Program-made: the position numbers and the translations under genes
In this document: in pieces, positions 11,501 through 24,067 of the stretch
How positions within the stretch are numbered: position 1 is the first letter of the stretch
How the letters are laid out: every line of letters begins with the position of its first letter
From: Cyanophora paradoxa CCMP329
Lineage: Eukaryota; Plantae; Glaucophyta
Direction: 5' to 3'
Length of the DNA stretch: 64,000 nucleotides
NCBI GenBank assembly: GCA_004431415.1
Contig: QPMI01000272.1
Coordinates: 30,367 to 94,366, forward strand
Notes under the pieces: generated by a model
Told to the model about the DNA's origin: nothing
Seen by the model: only the letters and a program-made list of their open reading frames with translations
The model's database searches: none

Positions 11501-14500
11501 CGGCACGAAGACGTCGGTACCGAAGGGCGCCCGCGCCCGCGGCGAATCGGACGTGCACCTGGAGGGCGGCGAGCTGTGCATCACGGACGTCGCCATGTCT
11601 CCCGAGGGCGCACCGGACGAGACTGCGCCGGCCCTCTGGCCAGTCTTTCGCGGCCGTGTCCAGGTGCGCACGCGCGCTTAAGCTCGCTAATTACAAGTAC
11701 GCGCATGTGCATGTGCGAGCCCCCATGGCCACGCGCAAATATGTCACCGTCGATAAAATGAAATCAAATCGGTTTCGCGCGCTCACGTGTTCGTCGTGTT
11801 TTCGTAGGCGCTTATGAACAAACGGCCGTTCGAGACTGTGCAGATACTCGACGTTCTGAAAGCCCAGGCGCGTGCAGAAGTGAAGCGCTAGCGTTGATTG
11901 TGAGCTTCGAGATTGTGAGTTGATATATTTTAATGTCAATGCGGCAGGACTGGGCTGGGGAGGAGCCGCGCGGTCCGGAGGGCCTCGCGGAGGATGCGAT
12001 CGTGCAGGCCGCTCAGAAGCTCGGCGTGCGCTCCTTGCTCTGGCGCACCACATCGTACGCGGGCAAGGTCCGTGCATTCGATCAACTGGCATGGACCGCA
12101 ATCGATATCGCCAGCTAAACGTTGCGGTCGCACCACGAACGTCCTGACTTGCGTGCCTCGCAGATAAACGGATGCTTTGCGGTGCGGCTTCAGTCTTTGG
12201 TCAATAGACATGCTACCGCCGAGCACTGCGGATGCACATGCGTGTGCCTTCAATTTCGCGGCTGACCATGAGTGCCGGCCGCCGTCCCGACGCCGCACAC
12301 GTGGCGCCGGCAGTTGCGGTGGCGGGAGCCGGGCCGCGCCTTCAAGCCGTCCGAGCTCGTCCTCTTCGAGGACGTCTGCGAGGCGCGCCCCCTGCCCGGC
12401 CCGCCCTTCAAGAGACTCTAGATCTGTGAATTATAATTGAAAACTCGCGCTCGCGCTCGCGCGCAGGCGGTTGGGGTCGCGCTGGAGCACGCGAACCTCA
12501 TCCAACAGGTGCGCATGCGCATGCGCGGCCCTATATATGCCTGGATCTACGATCCGCACGGCGGATCGGATTCCGAGAGAGTTGAGCTTGTAGCGTTCGC
12601 AGGCCCAACAGGACGCCCGCGCTAAATCCGACTTCCTGTCCGGTCCGCGCCCTAATTTCTTTCGATTTAATCCTGGGCATGGAATCCAAAGGCATTGATT
12701 GTGATCCCGCGATCGCGGGCGGGCACGCGCGCGCGCGCGCAGTGATCACGCACGAGATGCGGACGCCGATGCAGGCGGTGATCGGGATCACGGACCTGCT
12801 GCTCGACATGAAGCCCTCCATCGAGCAGCGCGAGTACCTCTCCGTCATCCGCTCCTGCGGCCAAGCGTCCGCCCCGCCCGCCCTCCCCGCCTCTCCCGCT
12901 GCTTAGATCACTCCGGGATCCGTTCGCGTTCGGAGCAGGCTGGTGGACCTGGTGAGCGAGGTGCTGGACTCGAGCGCCGTGGAGCGCGGCAACCAGCTCC
13001 GCATCGCCGTCGCCCCGATGGACCTCCGCTCCTGCGCCGAGGAGGTCATGGACATGATGCGAGCACCTTCCTTCAATTTAAATCAATTTAGAGCAGAGCG
13101 TCGGAACGAATTACAGGAGCCTTTGCAGGTGGCCCGTGGCGTCGCGGAACAACCTCGCACTCCAGCTTCGGGCGAGTCGACGCCGAATTTATATTCGAGC
13201 GCTCCCTTCTGCCCGCCGGCGCCGCCCTCATGCACCGGGGCGCCTCGTCAGATGGGCGCTCGGGTGCCGCGCTTCATCGTGTGCGACAAGAGCCGCATCC
13301 GCCAGGCGCGAATTCGAAATGCACCCCTCTAGCTCCGATTCATTACTCGCAATATTCTATAATTGATTATAATGTAATTCATGCTCCCGAGCTCCCGAAA
13401 ACGTCGAATTCTTTGCTATTGATGCGCATGCTTCGGTCGATTCAGGTGGCCATCAATCTGGTTGGCAGTGCGTTGCTTTCGAATTCATTATACAATACTA
13501 ATATTAATCACGGTCGACGTTGCATTTTCGAATCACGTTGCTATTTCGCAGACAGCACGAAGTTTTCCGAGGAGGGCCGGGTCATCATGGAGGTGCGCAA
13601 CAGATACATCGATGTCGATTTATATGCATTTAGATGGAGATGTCGATCTTTTATGTTTGTAACTGATCTAATCGACACTTTCTGTGGGCAGATCGAAGCG
13701 GAGGGGGCGCCGGGGGAGGACGGGCGCACCCTCTTCCGCATCACCGTCACCGGCGCGCCCCTCCCCTCTCATCTGCCCCGCTCCGGATCCTTCGAGTTAA
13801 CAGGCCGCCCTCCCTTCCTCTGCCCGTGGCAGACACCGGGGCCGGCATCGCGGAGGCGGACCAGCGGCGCCTCTTCACGTTCTTCACGCAGCTCGACTCC
13901 ACCAAGAGCCGCCGGCACCGCGGTGCGCGACCGCGGGCCGCTCCAGCAAGACTCCAGCAAGAGCCGCGCACCTGCGACCACTGCAATTGACAGCTGCAGG
14001 GTCCGCTGCAATTGACGACCTTGTTTGCGCAGGCACCGGCCTTGGACTCTTCATCTCCGTGCGCAAACCATGCATTAATATTATTTATATCAATGGAGAT
14101 GCACATGAATTCGAGCTCGAGGCCGCGAGCGCATGAAATATTTAATATTGCGTCGACGCGTCGCCCGCAGCTGCACATCGCGCAGGGGCTCGGCGGGGGG
14201 ATGGAGGTCCTGTCCACCCCCGGCACCGGCAGGTCTGTAGACATCGATACCCGCGCCAGTACTCGTGCCCCGTTCCCCCTCCAGATCCGTTCTTTTCACA
14301 CTGCGGCCGGCGCCGGCGTCGCGCGCGCGCAGCACGTTCGCGTTCACGTTCCGCGCGGCGGTGGTGGAGGCGGCCGACCCGCTTCTGCCCCTCCTCCACA
14401 AGACCGCCGTCCTCGAGGCCTGCCCTTTACAACTTTTCTCCGCTTCAGCGCTCCTTAATATAACCAACGGGTGAGACAGGGGGACGCGGTGCTGCGGGGC

Positions 14501-16845
14501 AAGACCTTCATCGTGGCGGTGGACGAGCCCGTGTGGGCGGGCACCATCGCCGTCGACGCCGAGCGCTGGGGCATGCGCGTCGTCGAGGTCGCCCGGGCCC
14601 CGGCCTGCTCTCGAGCTCGCCACCGGCCTCGCTGATCATCGGATCACGACACTCGGGCAGGTCCGAAGCATCGAGGGCGCAATCGCGGTGCGTGTGCAGA
14701 TCGAGAGGAGACGCGTGAACCCCGGCCGGCGCCGGGGCCGGGGCGCGCAGGCGATCGTCTCGCGCGCATGCGCAGGCGGTGCGGGGGGAGGTGGGGGCGG
14801 GGCGGGGCGGCGACATCGGGGGCCTCCTCCTCTACATGCCCTCCACCGTCCCCAAGGAGAAGACCGGCGACGCGGTGCGCCCGCTCGGGCCCCGCTGCTT
14901 TAATTTGATCCGACAGCGAAGAGCCCAATTTCGAATTTGCTTGGAGACCCGGGCGTGATCGCGGGCGGGGCGGCGCCGGCCGCGCGCGTTCGCAGGTCGA
15001 GCTGCTCTGCGGGGAGCTCGAGCGGGCGAAGGGCCCCGGGGACCTCGCGCCGGCCCCCTTCATGCCCCTCCGCATCCACGTCCCCCTCGCCCCCTGTGCG
15101 CCCCGCCCCGGAGCTCGGGCCGGGCCCCGAGCGTGCTTTACAGGCTTCGGATTCTAATTTCGCACTAATGTTTAAAAGTTAGAGGTCTGATCATGAGCGG
15201 GGCGCAGGGGCGCGGCGGGAGAACGTGTACTCGCTGCGCCTCCCCATCGCCGAGCAAAACCTCCACGAGTGCGCCCGCCCGCTCCGCTCCGCGCCGCGAA
15301 ACGCGAAACGCGACCCGATCGCGAGCGGCCGGCGCAGCTGCCTGGTGCAGGGGTTCCGGGCGCGGCGGGACGCGAGCGTGCCCCGCACCATCCCGACCGC
15401 GGCGGCGGGCAGCTGCAGCGAGGCCGAGGTGCGCGCGCGCGGGGCCGCTCCAGGCAGGCCTAGGGTCGCGATTGAGGGCCGACCGCGGTGCGTGCGCGCG
15501 GCTGGGGCCTGCGGGGGCAGATCATGCGGAGGGCGGACACCCTCGCCCCCGCCTTCGACGAGCTCGAAGAGCCGCTGCGCTCGGCCCTCTCCGGCTCCGC
15601 CGAGGCGGCCCCGCAGCCGTGCCTTCCGCGGCCGGCCCCGCACCCGCAGCCGGCGGACGCCGCCACGCGAGGGGAGCTCGAGCCGGCGGCGGCGGCGGCG
15701 GCGCGCGGGGCGCTCCGCATCCTCTTCGCGGAGGACACGCCGGCGCGCCTGCCCGCCCTTCCCCTGCAGCCGGCCGCTGGCCCGCCCCCGCCCTCGCCGC
15801 GAAGTCACGATCGCGGGGCGCGCAGACGAACGCGAAGATCGTGATGGTGCAGCTGCGCAAGCTCGGCTACGCGCGCGTGACGCACGCGGGGGACGGGCTC
15901 GAGGCGCTGGAGGCGGCGCGCGCCGCCGAGGCCCGCGGCGAGCCCTTCCACGTCCTCCTCTCCGGTGCCCGCGGCCGAGCTCCAGCGAGCGTTCTCCAAT
16001 TGCAAGCTTAAATAATATACACCAAGCCCATAGATTGAGAGCGATGGCGCAGATCTGATGATGCCGCGGATGGACGGCCTTGAGTCGCTGCGACGGATGC
16101 GCGCCGAGCTGCCCCCGGCCTGCCTCCCCTACGCCGTCGTCATCTCCGGTGACCACTGATTTTCCTGATAAAAAATTCAAGTTTCCTGAGTGTCGCGGGC
16201 AGCGAATGTGGGGGCGGCGGACCGCGCCGAGTGCGCCGACGCCGGATTCGATGCGTTCCTCGCCGTGCGCTTCTCTCCCTCCCTCCCTCCCCCCCCCTCT
16301 TCCCCCCTCCCCCCCCTTCCCTCCCCCCCCTTCCCCCCCCCACTTCCCCGGGGACCCTCCTCCCCTTCTTCCTCCACTCAGCCCCCCAGCCCTCCACGTT
16401 ACCCCCTTCTCCTCTTCCCCTCTTCCCCGGCTCCCCCCCCCTCTCCCCCCGCCCCCGCCCCGCCCTCCTCCCGGGACCCCTCCCTCCCTCCCCCCCCCCC
16501 CCCCCCCCCCCCCCTCCCGCCCCCTCCCTCGGCCGCCCGCCGGCGCCGACGCGAGGGCGCGCTGGTGAGCAGAAGCCGGTGCGGGGGTGGGACCTGGAGG
16601 GCGCCCTCGGGGTGGCGGCGGAGTGGCTCGCCGCCCGCGACCGCCGAGAGCCCGCAGCCGGCCACGGCGAGGAGCCGGCGAGCGGCCCCGAGAGGGCCGC
16701 AAGCTCGCAGACCGGGGGTACCCATGGCCAGGCGCGCCGAGCGGCCCCCGCCACGGCCCGCGGCGTCCATCTGGCCTCTGACCGTCGGACCTCGCGATTG
16801 CGCATGTGGGGCCGCGGCCTGGGCAGGCGTGCATGCAAGAGATGA
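8599..16845 (+). CDS. Hybrid sensor histidine kinase: 2-3 GAF domains + HisKA + HATPase_c + degenerate receiver + receiver
   Basis: H-box VITHEMRTPMQAVIGITDLLL (12741-); N-box RIRQ|VAINLV..STKFS; G1 DTGAGI; F LFTFFTQ; G2 GTGLGL; receiver LRILFAED, DLMMPRMDG, AGFDAFLA|KPV; GAF ends AVHSKEIGRAFTVADRDALSAIA and LRWREPGRAFKPSELVLFEDVCE|AVGVALEHANL. 5' exons uncertain. Confidence 0.85.
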
Positions 16846-17399
16846 CGGAGGCGGAATCGTAGTCTTCGACGTCGACACCGATGTACTCAAGCTTGTCGAC
16901 GGCCGCCGGGCGACTCGACGCCTTACTAAGCTGGCCTGTACATAATTGTGATCATGCATGCATCTGATCATGATCATGAGCGATCATGATCACGTATATA
17001 TACATTATTCGATTCAATGACCTGTCTTGTATAAATAATTGTGAGCAGCTCGCGATCGCGAATCGACATGTACACAACGTACGTACAGACTGCAGCTGTC
17101 ATGATCACCAGCTGCAGTGCGCCCCCGTTGGCCAGATTCGAGCGAGCGAGGACTCGCCGAGGAGGCGGCTAGCCGCTGGGCGATGGCCATGGCCCATGGG
17201 AGACACGTGCACATCTTCATGACACTGTATATAGCTAGTACTTCCATTTCGAACTTGAGTTGACGTTCACATGATCATGAGGTCTAGATCTAGATCTAGC
17301 GTAGCCGAACGGGGATCCGGAGCGAGTCGACAGTCGACGTCTGCGTGTGCGCAGTTAGCTATAGCGAGCTCGCGCCGGGCGCCAAATATTTAATGCACA

Positions 17400-18130
17400 T
17401 CATAATCGATAGGGAGAGCGGGCCCCCAGGGCGGCGGCGGCGGCAGGACCGAAGGTGCGGCCGAAGACGCACCTCTCGTCCTGGACTTTCGCGTGCGCAT
17501 GCGCCGGGCTTTCGAGGAGCCTCCAGATTTCGAGAGCCTCCGGGCGTCGGCGCCCCACACGCGTACGCACAGACGTACGCGTCGACGGCGGCCGCGGGGG
17601 CAGCGGCGTCGGCGGCGAGACACCTACGGCTTCGTTGACGAGCGGGGCGAGCGGCCTGCCGGCGGCAATGTCCGCTAAGAGCTTCTGGCCCACCGCAAGC
17701 TCGCCCGCGAAGCGCGCCATCGCATCCTCGCGCATCTGCCACATGCACATCAAGGGTTCCTCGGTCGCTGACACGACCACGAGGGGCTGCAGCTGCACAC
17801 AACCATTAAACGAACGTCGAACGCGAGCGCGTACGGGCCTCGAAGCGAAGGCCACGAACCTTGACGTCAGTGAGGCGGAAAGGGCAGACCTCGGGCGCAG
17901 AGTTGGTGCAAGCGTACGTACGCGTCGCCTCGCTCAAGCTCGCCGACATCGAAAGGGCCGTGCGGCGGCGGAACGAAGCCAGCTGCAGTCGACGTCCTTC
18001 GTCCAACAGAGGTCCTCCGGAGCAGCTCGTGCACGTGGAACAGGAATGTTGCAAGCGGTCTCAGGCTAGCTATAGTCGTGAGATCGTCCTGGGGGCCTGC
18101 GGGCTGCGGGCGGCAAGTCGGCACGGAGGA
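17400..18130 (-). other. Possible small hypothetical gene or gene remnant
   Basis: Exon-like stretches (GFVPPPHGPFDVGELERGDAY; LQPLVVVSATEEPLMCMWQMREDAMARFAGEL..) with plausible splice sites; no domain recognised. Confidence 0.25.
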
Positions 18131-18716
18131 GCTGCGGGCTACTCCTCGAATGCATCATGCGAGTGCGCGAGTGAAGGAGCCTCCGAATGTACAGTGAAGG
18201 CAGGTCTACCTACGTATCCCCCCCCCCCCCCCCCTGCAATTAGTGATCGGTCGCCCGCGATCGAGCTCTCCCTTGATCGATTGTCGCGCTTTCCCTTCAC
18301 CCCTCCCTTGATCGAGCTCGCCCGCGGCCGGCCGCCGGGCCAGGCACGGGGCTCGAGTGATGCCTCAGGGCCTCGCGGCGGAGCCGTGCGGAGCCGTGCA
18401 GCGGAGGGACACGAACATGAGCATGAAATAACTGAATCATAGGCTAGCGCTAGCGCTCCGTCAGGTGCGCGCTAGCCAGATTGGAGCGAAGGCGTGCACG
18501 TGGGCGCGCGGGACCCGGCGGGGCTGGCGCTAGCGCTGCCAGGCTGGGCGGGCGAGCTCCGGATCCAGGCCTGCGCTAGGCGGCCTTGCGCGCGCGGGAC
18601 TTTGCGGCGACGGCGCCGTAGCCGAGGAGGCCGGCGACGGGGGAGAGGAGGAGCGGGAGGACCCGCTTGTAGCCGAACGCGTACAGGTACCCTGCGTCGC
18701 GCGCGCCCGAACCGAA

Positions 18717-19740
18717 TCAGAATCGGCCGAACGGACGAGCTAGAGGGGTCCGGATGGGCCCGAAGGCGGGGGCACCGAGGAAGGGCACGGCGCCGAGCAT
18801 GTCCTGGTACACGTAGCAGTCCTCCTGCCTCACGACCTTTCCTGGGAGCGGGCGGCAGGCCGCGGGGTCAGGGGCAGGCCGCGGGGTCAGGGGCAGGTGG
18901 GAACCCAGGCGGGCCAAGACCTTGGTCGTTCAGATCGATCTTCAAGATGATACGGACGGGGAAAGAGATGAACGGCAGCCCGCGCATGTAGTACCGCTGC
19001 GCATGCAGGACCCGGACACGACAATCAGCGCGGGTGTGCAAGAGGCCCAGCTGCAGGACGGCCGCAGTGCGGAGTCCTAGGCCTACGCGCCTGCTTCGTG
19101 TCGATAAAGAGACGGGCAGGGCTGCCTGGGGGCGATCCAGCGACGTGCACGATGTCGACGTCAATGCGGGAGAAGATGCGCGGGAGCATGTAGAACTGGC
19201 GGCCCACGCCCGCGCGGCCCGACACTGCGGCGTAGGATACAGATCAGTGAAGTCGAGCGCATGGCAGCGAGGAGAACTCGTCACCGTTCATCCAAGGATC
19301 AGACCACAAGCATGACTCTGAAAGCGATGGAGTGGGAACGGCGTGAGAGAGGGCGTGATGGAATTGAGCGCGGAGAGGGCCAGACTTTGACGCGCACCAT
19401 CGTAGTGTTTCTCAAAGACATGGCGCTGCTGGTTGACGTCGACCGTGTACGCGGCAACGAGGTGCCGGGCCAGCGCAACGAGTCTGCGAAGGAGCGAGCG
19501 CGCGGACTCGAGACGCTCGCGGGCGAGCGCATGCGGATCACGCACGCCTCATCGTACGCCATCGTATTGCCTCCGGCCGTCCGATCGCAGCAGCGAGTGG
19601 CGCCGAGTGACGGCGAGTGTGCCGGCCGGGGTACCGTTGATCGATGCCAAGTTTCGTCTGGCTCTCCTTGTACGCAAGGAGGGCCTCGGCGGCGCTGCCG
19701 GGGTGGCTCGCGAGCTCGCCGTTGCGACCTAGACTCGCGC
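18717..19740 (-). CDS. NTF2/SnoaL-like fold protein (start uncertain)
   Basis: Spliced peptide ..HVFEKHYD..FQSHAC..VGRQFYMLPRIFSRIDVDIVHV..LFIDTKQ|RYYMRGLPFISFPVRIILKIDLNDQG|KVVRQEDCYVYQDMLGAVPFLG; the C-terminal 'G-K-V-x-x-Q-E-D' strand is typical of SnoaL-like proteins. Confidence 0.55.
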
Positions 19741-19834
19741 AGCTGCGGCCGGCACGAGCGATCGGCTCACGTACGCGATCGCCCGCACGGCTGCCCGCCA
19801 CGGCTCACGGACGTCACTGCAGCCCTATTCCAAC

Positions 19835-22800
19835 ATGCTCGAGTTTTCCTGGGGTCGAGGACGCGTCTGGTCCGCTTCGCCGCCGATCACGCTGGCTCAC
19901 GGACGCCAGTCGTGGGCGTCGCTGCAGCGCCTCACAGCGGTGCTTCCCCGCGTTGGTCCCGCATCTTTGGCTATTGCAGCTAACGCTGCATTCGCAGCAA
20001 GGGTCCGCCCGTCGACCGCGAAGCGAAAACAGGCAGGAGAATCGACGCCGTCGCCGCCCCTACCTCCTTCGCCCGCGCCCAGGCGCCGCGAGACGAAGCC
20101 TGCGGCCAAGGATGCGGCGAAAGCGGTCGCGGGCACTTCGCTGAAGTCCGCGGCCGACGTCACGCGGGAGGACTACGCGTGGCTGTGCCGCGAGGTCTGG
20201 CGACACAACCGGTTGTACTACGACGAGGCGCGTCCCGAGATCAGCGACGCCGAGTTTGACAGGCAAGCGGGCGAGGCATCCGCTCGTTCCGCGCCGGAGC
20301 CGCCGCTGACGGGCGGCGGCGCAGCCTCCTGCGGACGGTGGAGGATGTGGAGGGGCTGCACCCCGAGTGGGTCCTCCCGGACTCGCCGACGCAGCGCGTG
20401 GGGGAGCGCCCGACGCCGCGCCCGGGCTTCCGCACCGTGCAGCACGAGTCGCCGATGCTCTCGCTCGCCAACACGTACTCCAAGGCGGAGCTGGAGGACT
20501 GGCTGGAGAGGCTGCGCAAGGGCCTGAGCGTGCCGGACGGGGAGCCCGACCCGAGCCTCTGCATCGAGCTGAAGGTGGACGGCGTCGCGATCTCGATCAC
20601 GTACGAGCGCGGAGTCCTCGCGCGCGCCGTCACCCGCGGCGACGGTGCGCCCCCCGCGCCGCTCCGCGCTTCGATACGCGCTGAGCGTCCTGCAGGGTCC
20701 GTCGGGGACGACGTGACGGAGAACGCGCGGGCGATCGCGGGGCTCCCGTGGCGCCTGGAGGGCGACCCGCCGGAGCGCCTGGAGGTCCGGGGCGAGGTCT
20801 ACATGCCCGTCGCCGCCTTCGAGGCCCAGAACGAGGCGCGGCGGGCCGAGGGGCGGCCCGAGTGGGCCAACCCGCGCAACGCCGCCGCCGGCTCCCTCAA
20901 GCTCCTCGACCCCTCCCTCGTCGCCCCGTGCGCTCCCGGCCGCCGCCCCGCGTCGCTCCCTTGCGGCCCGCTCACGTGCCCGGTCGGCAGGCGCGGCCTG
21001 CGGGCGGTTCTCTACGCGATCGCGGGCGAGTCGGGGCGGGCGCCGCGGCGGCAGGCGGAGGCGCACGAGGCCATGGCGCGCTGGGGCCTCCCCACCCTCC
21101 CCGCCGACCTCACCCTCCCCGACTGCCACTCCCGGGACGAGGCGCGCCCCTCGCCGCCCCTTGCCGCCCCGCCCGCCGCTCACGCCGGCCGCCCCGCGCA
21201 GATGTGGGCGTGGATCGGGCGGGTGGAGGCGCGCCGCCCCTCGATCCCCTTCCTCATCGACGGCGTCGTTCTCAAGGTCCGCCGGCGCCCACCGCTGCGG
21301 GCGGGGGCCCATCGCGTCCCCGCCGACGGGACCGCCGGCGCAGGTGAACGACTCGGCGAAGCAGTCGGCGCTGGGCTCGACGGCCAAGCACCCGCGCTGG
21401 GCCATCGCCTACAAGTTCGCCCCCGCCGTCGCCCGCGCGCGGTGCGGGGACGCCCCCCTCCCGCAGCGAACGCGGGGCTCACGCCGGCGCGGCAGCGTGC
21501 AGGCGATCGTGGTGCAGGTGGGGCGCTCCGGGGTGCTGACCCCCGTGGCCGAGTTCGATCCGCCGGTGGCGCTCGCCGGCTCGGTGGTGCGGCGGGCCTC
21601 GCTGTACAACCTCGCGGAGATCGCCCGCCTGGACGTCCGCGTCGGCGACGAGGTCCTCGTCGCCAAGGGCGGCGACGTCATTCCCAAGGTGGGCCCCCTC
21701 GAAAAGGAGGAGGAGGGGGACGCGCGCCTCAAGAGGGGGCCGCAGGTGCTGGAAGTCGTGGAGCAGCCGGGGGAGGCGCGGGGGCCGGCGTGGGAGCCCC
21801 CCTCGGAGTGCCCGTCGTGCGGCGGGCCCGTCCGCGTCGAGGCCCTCTCGCCGGGCAGCGCCCCGACCCTCCGCTGCGTCAGCGCCGTGCGCGCCCTCCC
21901 TCGCCTCCCACCGCGGAGCGCCCGCCCGCCCGCCCGGGCCGCTCACGGCGGGGCGCAGGGCCGGTGCGAGGGCCACCGGCTGCAGCGGCTCGCCTATGCG
22001 ACGGCCCGCGACGCCCTCGACGTCCACGGCCTCTCCGCCGTGCGGGCCCCGCGGCCCTCTCCCTCCCTCCGCCTCGCAGCGCTGACCTCGGGGCGCGCAG
22101 GGCGTTCTGGCGAAGCTCGTCGAGGCCGGCCTCGTGGACCGCCTCCCCGACCTCTTCGCCCTCGACCGTGCGCGCCTGCCCCCGAGGGGCGCGCGCTGCC
22201 CCGCCTGAGAGCGGAGCAGCGGAGCGGCTGGCCGGGCTGCGCGGCCTCGGGCCCAAGTCGGCGGGGAAGCTCGCGGCGTCCCTGGAGCGCGCCCGGCGCT
22301 CGTGCGACCTCACCCGCCTCCTCATCGCCCTCGGTGCGGTCCCCGCCCCGATTAGCAGATTGGCGGCTCGGTCTGATGCCGCCGGGGCCCAGGCATCCCG
22401 CGCGTCGGGCGGCAGACGGCGGAGGCGCTGGCGGCGGCGCTCGTGCCCGGGCGGGCGGCGACGGCTCGCGAGGCGGCGCACTCGCTGACCCGGATGAGCC
22501 CCGCCGCGCTCACCGAGCTCGCCCTTTCCGTCCCCGGCATCGGCCCCGTGCGCTCTGCTCTCTCTCCTCCCGCTTGCGCCTCCGCGCCTCGCCCCCCGCC
22601 CCCCTCTCACGTGTGTGGGCGCAGCTGACGGCGGAGGGCCTCGTGACCTTCTTTGGCGCGAAGGAGAACCGCGGCGACCTGCGGGCCCTCCTCGAGGCTG
22701 GCTTCCTCTCCGAGGTGCGGGGGGGGGGGGGGGGTGGGGGGGGAGGGGGGGGGGGGCTAGGGGATACGTGGTTCTTTAGCGTTCATGGGGGCCGTGGCGC

Positions 22801-23475
22801 GGCCGGCCTCGCTCGGGGCTCGCCCCGAAGCGACAGATGGCCGGGCCAGCGCGGCGCGGGGCGGGTCTTCCGTCCTTCGCCGCGTCCGCGCTAAGCCGCA
22901 CCGTCCCCTAGAGCCCGATGCACATCATAGTACGCCGCGCCGCGTCCCATCGGCCGTGCGTCTCCATGGAGCACACATTCCACTTATTCCCTGCCCGTAG
23001 CGCAGAGGCCTAGCTAGCCTCGCCGCGCCTCTTATCCCCAGGAGTCACAGCGGCGGGCATCTGACGCTGGCCCGGCAGGACACGGCACCCCGGGCGGCCG
23101 CGCCAGCCGCGCAGGAGGCGCCGGCGGGGGAGCTGCCGCTGGCGGGGCTGAAGGTGCTGGTGACGGGCCGCGTGCCCGGCCTGTCGCGGGCCGAGGCCCA
23201 GGGGCGGGTGCGCGAGCTGGGCGGGCAGCTCTCCTCCGGCGCGACTGTCACCCGCGGCGTCTCCCTGCTCGTGAGCGCTCCTCTGTGCGCTCCTCTTGGC
23301 TCCGCGTCTCACGCGACGGCGACAGGTGGTGGGCGAGGGCGCGGGCGCCGCGAAGCTCGAGAAGGCGGCCGAGCTCGGGACGCGCGTCCTCCCCGCTGAG
23401 GAGTTCGCCCGTCTTCGGCCCGGCGACAGGCTCCCCGCTTCCGAGGCCCCGCCGGCGCCCCCGGCCTCCTCCTGA
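19835..23475 (+). CDS. ligA: NAD+-dependent DNA ligase with N-terminal extension, ~14 introns
   Basis: Domain Ia HNRLYY..PEISDAEFD; motif I ELKVDG; TRGDG, EVRGEV, WANPRNAAAGSL, IDGVVLK, PRWAIAYKF; OB VGRSGVLTPVA..KGGDVIPKV; Zn finger CPSC..C..C; HhH; BRCT LAGLKVLVTG..GAAKLEKAAELG. Confidence 0.95.
22787..23017 (+). repeat. ~200-230 bp structured dispersed repeat, copy 1, inside ligA intron 22715-23078
   Basis: Near-identical to 23671-23926; contains hairpins such as tcgct-cgggg-ctcg-ccccg-a-agcga. Confidence 0.85.
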
Positions 23476-23670
23476 GGCCGCTGTACCATCACGCCCTTTC
23501 TCCTTTCTTGAACTTCGCGCGCTTTCTCGCATTGCTTTTTCGGATGTCTTGCTACACGCCCCTTGTACTTTACTATATGCATATGCAGAACTGTCTCCAA
23601 GGATTGCGCCATGCTTTTCTTTAGACGCCCGCCAGACTTCGACATTGAGCTCTTTCATTTGATCTTTTTG

Positions 23671-23926
23671 GGGGGCCGTGGCGCGGCCGGCCTCGCGCGG
23701 GGCTCGCCCCGAAGCGACAGATGGCCGGGCCAGCGCGGCGCGGGGCGGGTCTTCCGTCCTTCGCCGCGTCCGCGCTAAGCCGCACTGTCCCCTAGAGCCT
23801 GATGCACATCATAGTACGCCGCGCCGCGTCCCATCGGCCGTGCGTCTCCATGGAGCACACATTTCCCTTCCCGAACTCACCCCTCGTAGAGCGTTATTCT
23901 TCCCCTGCCCCCGGAGGCCTAGCTAT
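23671..23926 (+). repeat. Structured dispersed repeat, copy 2, just upstream of the rubredoxin-like gene
   Basis: Only a few substitutions versus copy 1 over ~193 bp, then gapped similarity (ttattc..ccctgccc..gaggcctagcta). Confidence 0.85.
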
Positions 23927-24067
23927 AGGCCCAGCTGGGAGAGCACAGGCACCGCCGCCGGACTCGTGGGGGCCCACGTGCACTGGGGGGGCGCTACACA
24001 GCGATCGGTAAAAGGGCAAACCGCTCCATCCCCCCTGGGGGGCAAGCCCGCGGTACATAATTCGGCC

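Noticed and set aside
8870-12510. Phytochrome or cyanobacteriochrome call for the GAF kinase
   Set aside because: No PASDIP, CH or DxCF bilin-binding motif and no PHY domain could be seen.
22787-22870. tRNA or H/ACA snoRNA call for the duplicated element
   Set aside because: A-box-like start but no B-box or cloverleaf; ACATCA and ACA boxes are present but the hairpin geometry does not fit well.
19835-23475. Bacterial contamination as the source of ligA (and of the histidine kinase)
   Set aside because: Both genes carry many host-style spliceosomal introns and sit among eukaryotic genes.
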